In this document: one piece after another, positions 22,178 through 37,700 of the stretch
How positions within the stretch are numbered: the first letter of the stretch is position 1
How the letters are laid out: each line of letters opens with the position of its first letter
Assembly: GCF_006345805.1 (NCBI RefSeq)
Contig: NC_043003.1
Coordinates: 67,828,001 to 67,892,000, forward strand
Direction: 5' to 3'
DNA length: 64,000 nucleotides
Source of the DNA: Octopus sinensis
Taxonomy: Eukaryota
Position numbers and translations under genes: made by a program
The notes under the pieces: model-generated
What the model was told of the DNA's origin: nothing
What the model saw: only the letters and a program-made list of their open reading frames with translations
Databases searched by the model: none

Positions 22178-25100
22178 GATGCTACTGCAGTTGTTCACGT
22201 TACAGTGTCAGATTTCCTTCTACTTATTTAGAGAGCACCTCTAGTTTTCCATCTCCTTTTTAGCTATGCAACATTTATGATTGTATGTTGGTAGAGACAT
22301 AATCTACGAGTATAATAGGAAAACTGAATCTGGTGAAGTAGGTGGCATACTCACTCTACAAAATCAAGCTGAAATTCTTACTGAAAATTATGGGTTTCTT
22401 ACGTAATTGTCATAAACATAAAGCACCCCCTCCACAGAGAAGAAAATAAAGCAATTGGCTGTCTCATATATATTGTTAGATTGAATCTACGTCAACCATT
22501 TAGATGAATGATCTCTAGTTAGCTTATGGTCAACAGAATATGCCATAATATACGAAACATGTAAAATTGTACAAAATGTCATAAATAATCAAGTTTAAGT
22601 CACAACTTATTGTACATACAGCAGAATCAGATTGGAAGCATATATGTAATTTACTTTGAAACATATGCTGGGAAGCCTCTGATAGCATTTCATAGCAATA
22701 TACATGAAGATGTTTTGTATCAAAATGCTTCACTTATGTAAATCAAAGTAGAGATTATACTCTTAATATTATATGATTATATACTGGTGCATACTGTAGT
22801 AGTCCTGGAATTTCCTCATTGAGAAAAAATCGGTGTAGAGTGGATTACTTAGTTTCGTAGTTTCAGAATCGGTACTTTAATGACTTGCTTAGTATTTGAA
22901 TAAATTTCACTAGGTTTGCAGAATAGAAAATGGTCTTGTTATAGATTATATAATTATACGGAATTTGTGGATCTGTAAATTGAGTATTTTTTTTAAAACC
23001 CAATTTTCATATTTTAATCTTTGACACCGGACTGAGAAAAAAGTCTGGATGATATGATTAATATCATCCAAGAATTTGAAATCCAACTAACGTGATTGTA
23101 GTCAGATGTGTAGAGTATGCTTGTATAGACATTTTCACTTAGAGCGAAGCACAGAGAAATATTTCTCAAGCATCAAAATAAATACACGAGGGATAACCAA
23201 ACTGATGAGAAATCGTTGAGCTTAAAAGCAATTACCCACTATAGGTGAGTCATCAACAGAACAAACTTCTCTGTAATTTACAAAGTTCGAATCATTTGAA
23301 GAAACTATAAAATTCCGTAATTGCTCCACAAGTGCAAATTTAAATATCCACAATTCGAAAATGTTCCAGTTGATTTATTTAGATATCGTTGAAATGCCAG
23401 CTATTGATTGGCAACGTTTTCTAAGTTGGCGGTTTGATAAAGATATTAGAAACCGAATTATACATCATTGAATGAGATCTGTCGATATCGGGAATAGTGT
23501 ACCGAAGCGCCGAGAACAATGTTCTGAAACACTGAGAGTAATTCCGAAAACTTTTTCCAGAATAAAGCCATAATATTAATGGTATCTTATATTAATATAT
23601 AGTGACATGTGAGATCCTTTTCATTAAGGAATTTAGTCAAATCTAATTATAGGGGTTGCATTACATACTTAAATAAGAACTGCATCTGTAGAGCTCTAAA
23701 TAACCGATAATATTCCTGCTAAAATGTCGATGGTAAAGCAATAATTGACTTATCAACACCAACATTTTATTTTCTTTTGACTTTCACCTATCTTCGTATT
23801 ATATTGTAAGTAATATAAATCATCTTCTATTGTATTGATTACAATTATTGATATTCATTATTGTCTGTTGCTTGCAAAATAGAAAGTTAATGAAGAAGTA
23901 TTAATTTCTGTTATATTTTGAAATATATATATATATAAATTAGTTATTGTACTAACGAACATCATGAGATGCTTAATGTATATAAAAGTCTCTGTTTTAT
24001 GCATAACTTAATGATAAAACAAAAACCTATATAACCCATAAATCAACAGCAATTTTCATTTTTCATGTAAATGATACATTAAATCAGGGCAAAGTTATAT
24101 ATATTATCGATGCTATAATTTTGAGCTTAGAGTAAAGCTGCCATAGTAATTTTAGATAACAAACGTTTTCCTACAGTAGCTAGGAAGTAATCTGGAAACT
24201 TATGTGGCATTAACATTTGTTGAAGGAGAGTTATATTATCATTTCGGTTGGCGAATGTGGTATCTCGGCTGAGTTAATGATACAACTCCTATTCTTTCTT
24301 TAGCTCTTTCTTTTCGCTTCCAGCATAAATACTTTACTCTTAACTGCTTTTATCAGACACTAATTGTTGAAATTATTCCTTTCAACAAGACGAGATCTCG
24401 CAGTACAGTAGTGCAAATCCTTTGTTTTAAAATCCCAACCTTCATATTTGCTTCCATTATACTATATTCTATGTCTTGCCTCTCTTAAAAGTACGAATAG
24501 AGCAAAGCAGAAAACGATAGAATGGCATATGAATAACGTAATGTAGTTTCTAAAGCAGGGTACTCACACATGTGATCTTGTAACAATTGAATCTTACCGA
24601 TCTCAGAACAAAATTTTTTGTGTAGTGATGGCTCCGTTGCGTAACTACGCCACATGTTCGAATTTTCTCGTGTTGCAGGCGCTCATGACGCATATTGTGG
24701 ATCCATTCATACACCACGATTTATGTTGGTTACCAATAAACTATTACATAAGGAGCAAGTTTTCCCTATAAAGAAAACGTCAACGATGATATAGTTTATA
24801 TTTATTAAGTGAATCCTCCAAAAACATAACAATTTGTTTAAGTAAATTCTTTGTGAGAAGACATGTTACTCTGATTGAAAGCTACAATAATATGAAAGAA
24901 AAGTTTGCTTAAAAATATAAATTGTATTAAAGCAAAATCGAAGATTTAAGATTTGAACTTAATTCTTATACAACAATAAGGTTTAAATGGGTAAAAACAT
25001 TATTTGAAATGTGCCTATTATTTCAAGAATTATAGCCAATTTCAGAACACTAATGTCACTTTTGTCACTTTTAGATTATAAACGCACGCAGTATCTTAAA

Positions 25101-25600
25101 ATCATTCACACATTCTTAGCAGCTGAATATAATGACCATTGTCAAGCAATATTATCGCCTTTGTATTAATTTTACTTTATTTGAAATACTTGTAATAAAT
25201 TTAACCAGTAATTTCTAAAGCTGTCTCATTAGAATAATTCAAATCTTGTGGAGACTCTAAACAGGCTTCATTAAGAATGCTTTCAAACACGACAATCCCT
25301 TATCCAATAAAATAATTCACAAGAAAAATATTGGAAATAATGTAAACTTTATTGATCGCACATAAACAATGCATGCTTTTTGATTATTCCTCGAGTGTGC
25401 TGCGGGATAGCACCTAAGGAAACACCCTGGTAACGCTGGTTGTGAGAAATAATATACTGCTGTTAGAAAAACAACGATGGCGCGCTTGAAATTTAGGACC
25501 AACACTATAATTACCGGCGAGGAGCTAAATTTATTAGACTCATCATAACTATTCATCTCGCATCACACGCAAACATATTCAGACGTGTAAAGACGTGTTA

Positions 25601-25873
25601 AGGCGCCGAGCTGTCAGAAACGTTAGGACGCCGGGCGAAATACATAGCGGTATTTCGTGTGCCGCTACGTTCAGAGTTCAAATTCCGCCGGGGTCGACTT
25701 TACCTTTCATCCTTTCGGAGTCGATTAAATAAGTACTAGTTACTGGGGTCGATATAATAGACTTAATCCGTTTGTCTGTGCTTTTTGTCCTCTCTGTATT
25801 TAGCCCCTTGTGGGTAGTAAAGAAATACGTATTTCGTCTGCCGCTATGTTCTGAGTTCAAATTCCGCCGAGGA
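25601..25873 (+). mobile_element. tRNA-SINE family B, composite form with a truncated second monomer
   Basis: Head AGGCGCCGAGCTG.CAGAA.CGTTAG, B-box-like AGTTCAAATTCC, and a second GTATTTCGTCTG..GAGTTCAAATTCC after GTAGTAAAGAAATA. Confidence 0.85.
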
Positions 25874-27469
25874 CAACTTTCACTATTTTCCACTTTCACT
25901 TTCACTATTTTTCCGATGACAGAGGGCTGCTCCAGTATGTCTGGTCTAGGGCCAGCACACAAATATCTTTTAGGATATTATCTCTACCATCTATTTTAAC
26001 AAAACTGTCTTACAAATATATGTTATGTTTCCTCAATTCCGGATACAAGTGTTATTCCCTGCGTATTGAATGCAGGGAAACAGTTTTATCTATAAAACAT
26101 TGTTCCGGTTGTGGTTAATTGAATTTGTTTATCGTTTCTCTGATCATTGGAACTTTTGACTGTGTCAGTTGAAGATTTTAAATTTGTGCTTTACGAATTA
26201 CTTCCTTTTATTCCATATTGTTTTGTGTAATTCTAAATTGGTATGCAATACATAAAACACAAGAGAAATTTGTTTCAATCAGCAAGAACTAGGAAGTAGA
26301 AAAGTTTTGGTTTCCTTTTGTACTTCGATTCGAACCCCTGGGGAAATGATGACATACCATCCTGCAATCTTGAGTGGCTACCGCAGCGAGTGTCGCTGGT
26401 CATTCTCCGTAGCCACGCCATCCGGGTCCACACCGAGAGGTGCGAGTGAGCGTTCCTCTTGTTCTGAGATATGTGGCCGATCATTCCATCAACTCCGCCT
26501 TTCGCTGCTTTGCTCCTCCCTCCAAACTTTCTCCTCGATTTCTTTTGTTATTCGTCATCTTTTTAGTAACATTTCCCACTGAAGGTTCTTTAGAATGGCA
26601 GGCAATTCTTATAGAGTATATTAATAAAATCAAGTTATGGTAGTTTAGAACAAATATCGATTATACAACACGGAGCTAACAATGTGCAAAACATGAGCAT
26701 CTCCGTTCTACACCAGCAAAATTGTGGATTGTCAGAGAATGAAAGACTGAAACGAAAATGGATACCCATCAACTGAAATGAAATACTTGTTTAGATAATA
26801 GTATCTCGAAATCAAATTAGCAATTTACAAGTCACAAACAGTCATAGTAGTAGACTCAATGACACGATTTGTATAAGATTTGGCAGATAGACTTGTACAT
26901 TTAAAAAGGTTTGGTGTATAGATTATTTCGTAGCGAGATATTGTGTATTCTTGCTTTGATTTGAAGATTGTTATGAGTGACTGATGTAGAAAATAGAATT
27001 GAGGAACTCTACTGTGTAGGCTAACAGATTTCTTAATACCGACTACAGCGTGGCTTGTACAGCTTGGATTAAGTTGGTACAAGTTGAACGATATTAGCAT
27101 TAATACACTGCAAATATGAGTTTAAGTTTCGGTGTTAGCAAAACCATTCCGAGAAGAGATTATAATTTCTATAATTATATTGAGGAGCTAGGATAAACTT
27201 CGCAAAGTATTTGTTGAGATAGTTCAAAGTATATCGAAGATATGTACATTTGAAACCTGTATACCGAGGAATTGTACAATTGAAGCCTGAATTGCTAATG
27301 TTGTATCGCCTCAGAGTTCGTTAGACTGTTGGGCTTTCATTTTTAATCTCTATATTTGTAGGTGCATTTCAAAGTATACATTACATCCCACATTTGGGTT
27401 TAAATCTAGCATGCGCAGTTTGTTATGACAATCACATGTAATTGAGTTATAAGAGTAGGGTTTAAGCCT

Positions 27470-27735
27470 TTCTTACCCCGTCTGGCGAAACTGCACCAAA
27501 AGACGCATCACCTCCAAAGAACAGACCAGGATTGCTGGAGCACAGAGAAATCAGGAACTGCGACACTCCAGAGTTAATTCCTTCCCTCCTGTCGCAATAA
27601 CTACAGTGCCCAATCTGCTGCAGAGCCTTCCGAGCACTTATCGGGATGTCAAACCACAGCGAGAAACACTGTCTTTTTCTCTCATGTGATGACCTTGTCA
27701 TCACAGACAACGGTCGAACTACTGATATCAGTATA
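27470..27735 (+). pseudogene. RTE (BovB-like) LINE 3' end fragment
   Basis: VWRNCTKRR...EQTRIAGAQ then (frameshift) CPICCRAFRALIGMSNHSEKH, matching the C-x2-C-x-R-x-F-R-A-x-I-G-x2-S-H C2H2 motif of RTE ORF ends. Confidence 0.7.
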
Positions 27736-28971
27736 AGTAAACGTTGTTGCTTTACCTATCTGAAATATCGATGAGGAAACGTCCTTGTTTGTTAAACCTG
27801 TGGCCTTCCATAATATCTGCGCATATTCCACTTAAATGAAATGAAATGAATATAATAACAGCTCACACAGCATGAGATATGTGCTTTTCTAGTAGTTTAC
27901 GTTATGTTTTTTTTCCCGAAGGAGTCAAAATATGCTCGCTGATTATATAATCTACTCGAGTTTAACGAATCTTATCCAAAGCAATATGTTGATAAGTGAA
28001 TCTGCACGCATTGCCCATTCAGCGGAGAAAGACTATCGACAACAACATGTTACACAATGTTTATTGCAGTGAGAATCATAATTGATAAAGCTTTCTTGAA
28101 ATTCCTCCGTGAATTAGATTGCATTGCACTGGTTATTTGATAAAGCATATGTTCCTTTCTTACATACAGCTATAGAGATTTTCAGGTGAAGATCATAAAC
28201 AATCAGGTCTACCATTGACGCGAGTATAATTTATGGCACGTTGCATGTACTCGTATGTGTTTGTGTGTGTGTTTGTGTGTGTGTGAGTATGAGAGTGCGT
28301 CTGTGTATGTGTTTGTGTGTGCGTGTGTGTACGTGTGCGTGTCTATGTGTTTTTGTGTGTGTGTGTGCATGTCATGTGAATTACATACTAACATAATGGA
28401 AAATTAGCAATTCCTTTTCGTGTTGGTAGGTACTGCGTCATTTCTAACACTATAACTCAGATGAAAATAGCCTTTCACCAGTAGTGTTTTGATATACGAC
28501 ATCTGACAAACAAAATCTAGGGTAAATAAATGTAAACACATACACTTACTTAGTAGAAGCCTTGGCAATATATCAGAACGCCTTCTCATACATGACCAAA
28601 AGAGATAATTGTTCCGATAAATCACAAGGATTATTTCTCCACGTCATGTCACAATGCTGTCGCATGGACGAAAGGCATTTTTATGTATGTTTATATTTAT
28701 ACACCTACCAACTACCTGTGCTCTTTTCCATGATGCCTTTTCCTTATTTTGTCGTTGGTTATCGTTTGTTTAAATGTTAGTCATCGTAAAATATGGTCCC
28801 TTTCTTATCTCGGCAGTTCTTTTACTAATGACGCCACCCAAATAAACATTCCTATTGATAATTATAAAATAGGAAGTATCAACGTTAGAAATCTTTTGGA
28901 AACTACTCCAATTAAAGGACGAATCCACATTTAGCCCTTTTAAATTTATCTTTTTTCTTTTCTTTTTCTCT

Positions 28972-29295
28972 GTAGTTTCAGTTTAGAGCTACGGTCATGC
29001 TGATGCACCGCCGTTTTGCTACGCTGTTATTACTCAGAGCCTCCTCTAATATGTAGCACTTGGGTGAAGAATGGAGTTTGATGTAGCTACAATCATTGGC
29101 TCTTCTTTCCGTGTGGTAGGTTCATCTGGGACCCTCGACAGGAAGCGGTCCAGCCTTGATTGAGAAACGCCAGCATCTACTTTGTGAAGGTTTCTCAGGC
29201 TCTTTGAGAGAATATTAAATAGCTGTGCGCCCCTGAAACCTACGCTGTTACAGTAACTGGTCCTGTAGCGCGATGGCATTGCAAGGATATTTGGC
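28972..29295 (-). pseudogene. CR1-type LINE 3' fragment related to the 47132 element
   Basis: PSRYRTSYCNSVGFRGAQLFNILSKSLRNLH...LDRFLSRVPDEP aligns with ORF 47292-47498; same 3' tail. Confidence 0.85.
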
Positions 29296-30088
29296 ACTGT
29301 GTATTTGTATATACACAGACACATTGTGTATCTGTGTATATACAAATAACACTATTTTTATAGCAGGTAAATGGTTGATGCTATATGATTTCACTCTCCC
29401 TACCCCATTAGCATTTGCCTGCAAACTTAGCTGCTATAATCTTGTCTTAAGTATATTCTTACTCATCCAAATGGTTTTACTTCAAAGAAATCTTGATTTA
29501 TGACTCTGCCACTTAAATTGTCAATCTATTTTGCCCTATCCATAAAGGATATATACTAGTTTCTCTTGGATTTGACAAACTAGTCTATAAGTTAAAATTA
29601 ATCCCACCCCACTAGTATACACGAATAACAAATATAATCAATGTTAAGCAGTGTCTTCTTTTGATAAAACCTCAGTTATAGCTGTGATGTTGTTGATAAA
29701 TAATGTTCTTTGTCTATCTACTTTTCCTCTTAGTGATTTTGGATTTAAAAAATTATACAAATGAATCCTTCGAATTTAACTAGCTTCTATATTTTTATGC
29801 AGCTGAAGATTGCTCTACATTTTAAATTGATATAGTGTTTGCTTTGTCCAATTAAATGGAGTCGCATGAAACAGTCGTACTGCATTAACTCTGGGTATCC
29901 GTGTTGCTTATTTTGATATATATACATACATGCATGCATATATATACACATATATACATACACACATACATTTATACATTGCTACATACGTACATACATA
30001 CAGACATACATAGAAATATATACGTGTGCGAGTGTGTATGTAAGCTAAAAATCATATACATAGCAAAATATATATAATATAGTTTTTG

Positions 30089-30145
<57 letters not shown>

Positions 30146-31341
30146 GCGTTTGAACGAATGTATAATAATTCTGTGCAACATTTTGAACGTTCGAAAACAT
30201 AAATTTAATGTCTATCATTTTATTATCCTCTACGTACATAAAGAAATAGGGATAAATTTTTCTAATATACTGCACAGAATTTTGAGCAATCCAGATTTGG
30301 AATGTACCAATGAAATGTACCTAAAATTCCCTAGTTAATAAACATACTCTTACGGGAGCAGAGCCATCAACGTACTATGCATTTGTTGATGGAGGTGTTT
30401 ATACAGTGAATATTAAGCTCTACACAGAATAATAACTGACGTTTTTTTACTGAATATTTAATCTACTTCGCGATAAGTGAATTATATGTTATGTGGTTTA
30501 GAAATTAGAGCTAATTTCTAGATTATATTAATTTAACGATGAGTATTTATCATCAAAATAAGTGTGAGCGTACTGCAGCAAAGTTAATGACAAATTCTTT
30601 TAAATTTCTATGTAATCTACTTAAGTGTTTACAGTGATTAAACATATCCTTTATTTAAAACAAACAAATATATACATTGTTTCATACTTACTTTTTGAAA
30701 ACTTATGTGCATATGTCAGTGCCGTTCCATGACCGTAGATCCCGTGCTGAACACTAGTAAAAGATGAAAGTCCTACAGTAAAAGCAAATTTTCTCCGAAT
30801 TAATATTATAATAATTTGAAGCCAATATTGAAATTCCTAATTTCAAAAGTATCCCTGCAGAATTCTACTAGGCTTTTAATACAAAAACATAAAGAGAAAA
30901 ACAGACAGGCACAGAGAGAGAGAGAGACAGAGAGCGAGAGAGAGAGAGAAAGAGAGAGTATTTTAGCAACATTAACAAGCAAATTTGTAGAATATTAAAA
31001 GACTTTAAAATTTACAATTTTCTTTTTCGAATTTCCATTTCAATTTATCAAATATCTGATACTTAAAGGGTAAATTATTATGTTATCATATCAATACAAT
31101 ATATCCTCTCTTACATCCTTTCTCTTGCTCCCCCTGTCTCTTGCCCCCCCTGTCTCTTGCCCCCCCTGTCTCTCTCGCTATATACATATATTATAACTTG
31201 GTCTAATGGTCAAGATTAAGATAATCATCTTGTAGTTATGATTTACATCAACACAAATAATGCATATAACATAATACACCAAGACAATGAATATATTAAT
31301 ATATTATTTAGAAAAGAAATAAGAAACTCATATATTGTTTG

Positions 31342-31410
<69 letters not shown>

Positions 31411-31789
31411 GTGTGTATGTGTGTGTGTGTGTATTTGAGCGAAGGCCACATAAAAAAGATGTCTACATGAAGAAGAAAAAAATGTATTTGATTTTTAATG
31501 CATATCACTTCATTTTGACTTTCACTATTTCTACACCCTCTTCTTGACACCCGATGTTTTAAACCAGAATCTGATTCTTTTTGTTTTGTTTTTTTTTTTA
31601 CTAATACAGCATTCTTCGTTTCATCAAAAGTATTGTACAAAATTTAATGCATTTATTTCAGAATTAGTGACATTATCTCAATGTAAACAACCTTTCGCTC
31701 ATTTTATCAACTTTACCGCCAGAAATGTCTCTATTGTATAATCAAAAATATCCTGTCGTCCTTTTCTTGTTTCCGCTTTTTTGTAGTGC

Positions 31790-31917
31790 AGTCTTCTTCT
31801 TCTTTGCCTTCTTCTTCTTCTTCTTTGCCTTCTTCTTCTTCTTCTTCTTCTTCTTCTTCTTCTTCTTTTCTTCTTCTTCTTCTTCTTCTTCTTCTTTTTC
31901 TTCTTCTGTTGCTGCTG

Positions 31918-31961
<44 letters not shown>

Positions 31962-32055
31962 GCTACTACTACTTCTATTAATACCACCACTACCACGACT
32001 ACCGCCACTATCACCACCACTATCACCACCACTACCACCACTACTACTACTACAA
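31790..32055. repeat. Compound trinucleotide array (TTC)n-(CTG)-(CTA)n-(CCA)n-(CTA)n
   Basis: Direct reading; produces poly-F/S/T/K/E ORF artefacts. Confidence 0.95.
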
Positions 32056-32853
32056 ATTGCAAAGTTAAAGAAATGGCACTTAATATGAATAGTTTTCTGG
32101 TCATATTTTAGCTTTTAGTAGCATTATTTATTTATAATTAATTCAGTGATGTGTGTCTCGTTATCTCAGATTTTATATCCTGGCCAATATTTCTAAGGAT
32201 TTTAAATCTGCAATTAGACAAAATTCTATTTCTTGTATGCATCGACGCAGTTATTGCAAGTTAATTATTAAGGCGCTGATATATGTGCGATTTGATGAAT
32301 AGCAATGTTCATAATTACCATATTTGACGATGTGCGCTTTCATGAGCAGTGTTTCATTACTAAATTTGGTTTAAGTGAATTTAGATTTGGTTTAGCATGA
32401 TTTATTGCTTATCTATATTTAGATATAGTTATTGATATTGTCTGAGGAAATTTATCTTATATACATTCATAATCTTACTCTACTCTGTCTCAATCGATCT
32501 ATCTCTATAATTTGCATAGAGGAGATATGCAACGATACAATTAAACAGACGTAAATTGGTTTCAGATAACATAATATCTGCCTGTTTATATATACATACA
32601 TATATATATAAACATACATATGCACACATACATGTACATACATTCATATATATATATACATAGTCAGTATAGGGATATCTCGACTGCTGCTTTCAGCCAT
32701 TTACGGTCTCTGTCAGTTTTGTATGTATTCAACTATGTGCTTTGAAAGCAACATTTAAGTACCTCAGGTCTTATTTCAAGCATTGTATGTGTTCCAACAG
32801 CCTCTGTAATATTTAATTTCAAAGGTTTACTAAACTACTGCCTACATTAACTT

Positions 32854-34149
<1,296 letters not shown>

Positions 34150-35165
34150 TATATCATGATAGTGAGTTTGAACTGTACATCTATGTTTCCTTAAGTTGCT
34201 TCCCAGCAACTATACAACGCAGTAACGCGTGTCTCTTATTTTGAATCTCTGATATTTGTGCTTTTTTGAATTGTAAATCTAATTGCCAAAAGTGTTGTCC
34301 ATCTTTTTAATAGGCGCCAAATGCAATTGAAGCAACTCTCAATTTCATTTCTTATATTTAACCACGTGATAAAACTCGCTGAAATATTTACACCAATCCC
34401 AACCCGCGATAAACTGGAACAACAACAACTGCAGCAACAACTACGTCAACGGCAAATTCGACGATAACTGCCACAACTGCAGCATCAGCTACAGCATCAA
34501 GGACCCCTAATCCAGCGTACCATAATAGACTCACTACCGTTATCATCTATATCATCTTCACTACCTACATACACTACTAGTACTACTACTCTCTCTGTCT
34601 GTCTGTCTCTCTCTCTCTCTCTGTCTCTCTCTCTCTCTCTCCAAACTTCATCGCCCCGACGTAATTCAAGTCAAACAAATTAAAACCTAAAACTATTTAC
34701 GTTCCACTGGATCCTAGATCATCCACACGTGTAAATCAAAATCCAAAAATATGCCCTCTTTCTTTAAGCGCGAAGCTACGCGCCTGTTGTGGCGGTATTT
34801 TTACTCATCTCCCAAGAATAAAACGCACATTTAATATAACCGTAGCACCTCTACTGCGAACTACCATCACCAAATTCAAAATGAGTTCGTAACACTAAAA
34901 TCACCCATCCGTAGCATGATTTTATGTTCATGTATCTCCCTGAGACTCGGCGACTGTACCGGTGCGTACTTTTCTCATAAATCCGGCAAAAAAGAATGTA
35001 TTCAATGGAAACAAAAACAAAAAAAAACCAGCTCCGGCACGAACTTTTTCACCAGCATGGGAAACCGAAGACCATTCAGTAGGAACAAGCGTAAATCCAA
35101 GAACCGACAAATCCTCTCAGTGTAAGCACAAATGATTTATTCCCCACTCACACGTTTTGCACACA

Positions 35166-35267
<102 letters not shown>

Positions 35268-35282
35268 GTATATGTATGTATG

Positions 35283-35387
<105 letters not shown>

Positions 35388-37044
35388 CCAACGTAGAAGC
35401 CTTAATTATAATTACCTTAAGATTTGCTTTAAATGTTAACAGAAGCGAGGTATGCAATTATATTTTCTGCTTAGTTAATGCAGTCTCTTAACTAACTAAG
35501 GATATTCGTCATTAGTCAACTAATGACTGTTATAAAGACATTAAATTGATTCAGCCGTAGGTATTATTGTAATGCATGAGAAAGTACATTAGTATATCTT
35601 TGATTCCTGATTCTCATTTGTTAGCATTTGTTCTAAAGAGTATCAATATATGCAAATGTGATTTGCGGTTCATTGTACAAATAGCTTGATAGTAATCAAT
35701 GGATGTGATCGCAACGTATTACTTGTTATGTAGTCTTTGTAGGTTGGATGCTGAAATCTAATTTCCTCGAACATCACACTGACTTACAGCACAATCTATT
35801 AGCGAAAGTAGACGCTAGGAATTTCCCGTGAGTTACCTTACAGTGTACTGATGGCTTTTGAATTAAATTACTGAGTCAGATGTGTTATGTTGTTGAGTCT
35901 TCTAAAAATGTTATAGGGAGTGCATGTATCCATTTGCAGTTTAGGTAACACTGGAGTACAGAACATTTCTATTGCAATCACGTAAAGAAAGTAACTTCGG
36001 TATTAATTTAACCAAATTATTAACAAATATCTATGTATGGAATTTCACTATCAACTCATCTCCTGACACAATACACCGAGTGTTTGGCATCAGCTTCTGT
36101 TGAAGTTGCAAGCGATACCAAAAGGACTCTAGGGTACAGTTATATAGCAAATTCTCTTTTCTATTAAGTACTAATTTTTGATCTTCGAGCGAACGAATCA
36201 TTCAGTAATTCTGCAGCTCTTATATAGCTACCCAGAGCAGTAAGTGTATTATATCATTCTTCATCAGAGTATGTCACATATTGCTTTTAATTTTAGATGT
36301 TTTCTGCAATAATCGCAGTCAAGTACAAAATGCAGTTTACTGGGAAACTAAATTCAATTCTGTTAAATAAAAGAATATAAAATTGATTTTGTTAAGCCGC
36401 CTGTGTCAGACCACGAATTGATAGGTAAACTCGTTTTAGAGATTTCCCTTTCGTAGCAGCTGCTTCAAAGAATACTGATGCGTTTTTTTTTTGTTTCTTT
36501 TTTAACAAATACCGGTGCATTGCTGAATCAAATAGTACTACTACTACTACTACTACTAAAACCACCACCTAAACTACTATTACGACGGCAAATTCTTTTC
36601 CTGCTTCTATGGCTAATCTCATTGACCAAACTCGACAATACCATTTTCGACTTTGGATTGCTTATTCTTTCTTCTTACAGGTGTTGTATTTTGAAACCCG
36701 TAATCTACATTAATTGACGTCACAGTGCTGCCAGGATATGTGTTATCAGACCATAAAAGTTGAACTTAGATCTCGACATTTAAAGTGCAAAATTAACGAC
36801 GATGTACATATTGTTCTGACATCTAAATAGGATGTCACTATAAATAATAAATAATCTGCTAGAACAATTCTCAATGTTGTGCAATTTATTTCATAAGATT
36901 GATATATATTTCAGAACCCCTTTTGAAATGTCCTCCATTTCAATATAATGTTTATGAATTAGAAACGGAGCCATATTTCGCAACTTTTGCATGTGAAGGA
37001 ATTATATTTCCAACTCCAACATCTGTTGATATAAACTCTTACTA

Positions 37045-37700
37045 AGGCGGTGAGTTGACAAAAGCGTTATCAAGAAGGACAACATGCTTAAATGCATTCC
37101 GTAGCTCTAAGTTTTGGGTTCAAATTTCGCGGAGTTCAACTCTGACTTTCATCCCTTCGAGATCAATAAAATAAGTACCAGCTGAGTGCAGGGATCGATG
37201 TAATTGATTTACCCCTCCGTTAAATTGCTGGCCTTGTGCTAAAAAATTAAAACCAGTATTTGTTATGCTATTTAGACGACGACATGACAGAATTTTTAGC
37301 GCGCCAAGAGAAAATTCTTAACCGTATTTCGTCCGCCTTTACGTTTGGAGTTAAAATCCATCGAGGTCGACTTTGTCTTCCATCATTTCGTAATCAATAA
37401 AATAAGTGCCAGTACTGAGGTCGATGTAATCGACTTACTCTTCCTCTAAAAGTGCTGGCCTTGTACCAAATTTTGGAACCAATATTAACTATTTTTAATG
37501 TAGCGAATCGTCAGAATTGATAGCACGCCTCATAAAGTGATTAGCATTTTCGCCCGTCTTTACGTTCCGTGAAGATCAACCTAGCCTTTTATTTTGGGGG
37601 TTGATAAAATAAGTACCATTCAAGTGCTGGGGTCGATGTAATTGACTTGTCGCTTCCCCTGAAATTGCTGACCTTATGCCAAAATCTGAAACCAATATTA
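37045..37700 (+). mobile_element. Three head-to-tail diverged copies of SINE family B
   Basis: Units ~37045-37260, 37275-37487, 37497-37700, each with ATAAAATAAGT(A/G)CCA..TCGATGTAAT.GA and ending AAACCA(A/G)TATT. Confidence 0.85.

Noticed and set aside
23203-23222. CTGATGA-GAAA-TCGTTGA
   Set aside because: No stem II and no stem I pairing; expected by chance.
23030-23560. Possible hAT transposase relic (ENVPVDL..IVEM)
   Set aside because: Single weak motif with many stops.
26275-26600. GC-richer segment with short ORFs on both strands
   Set aside because: Probably a LINE ORF1-like relic, but no diagnostic motif; left uncalled.
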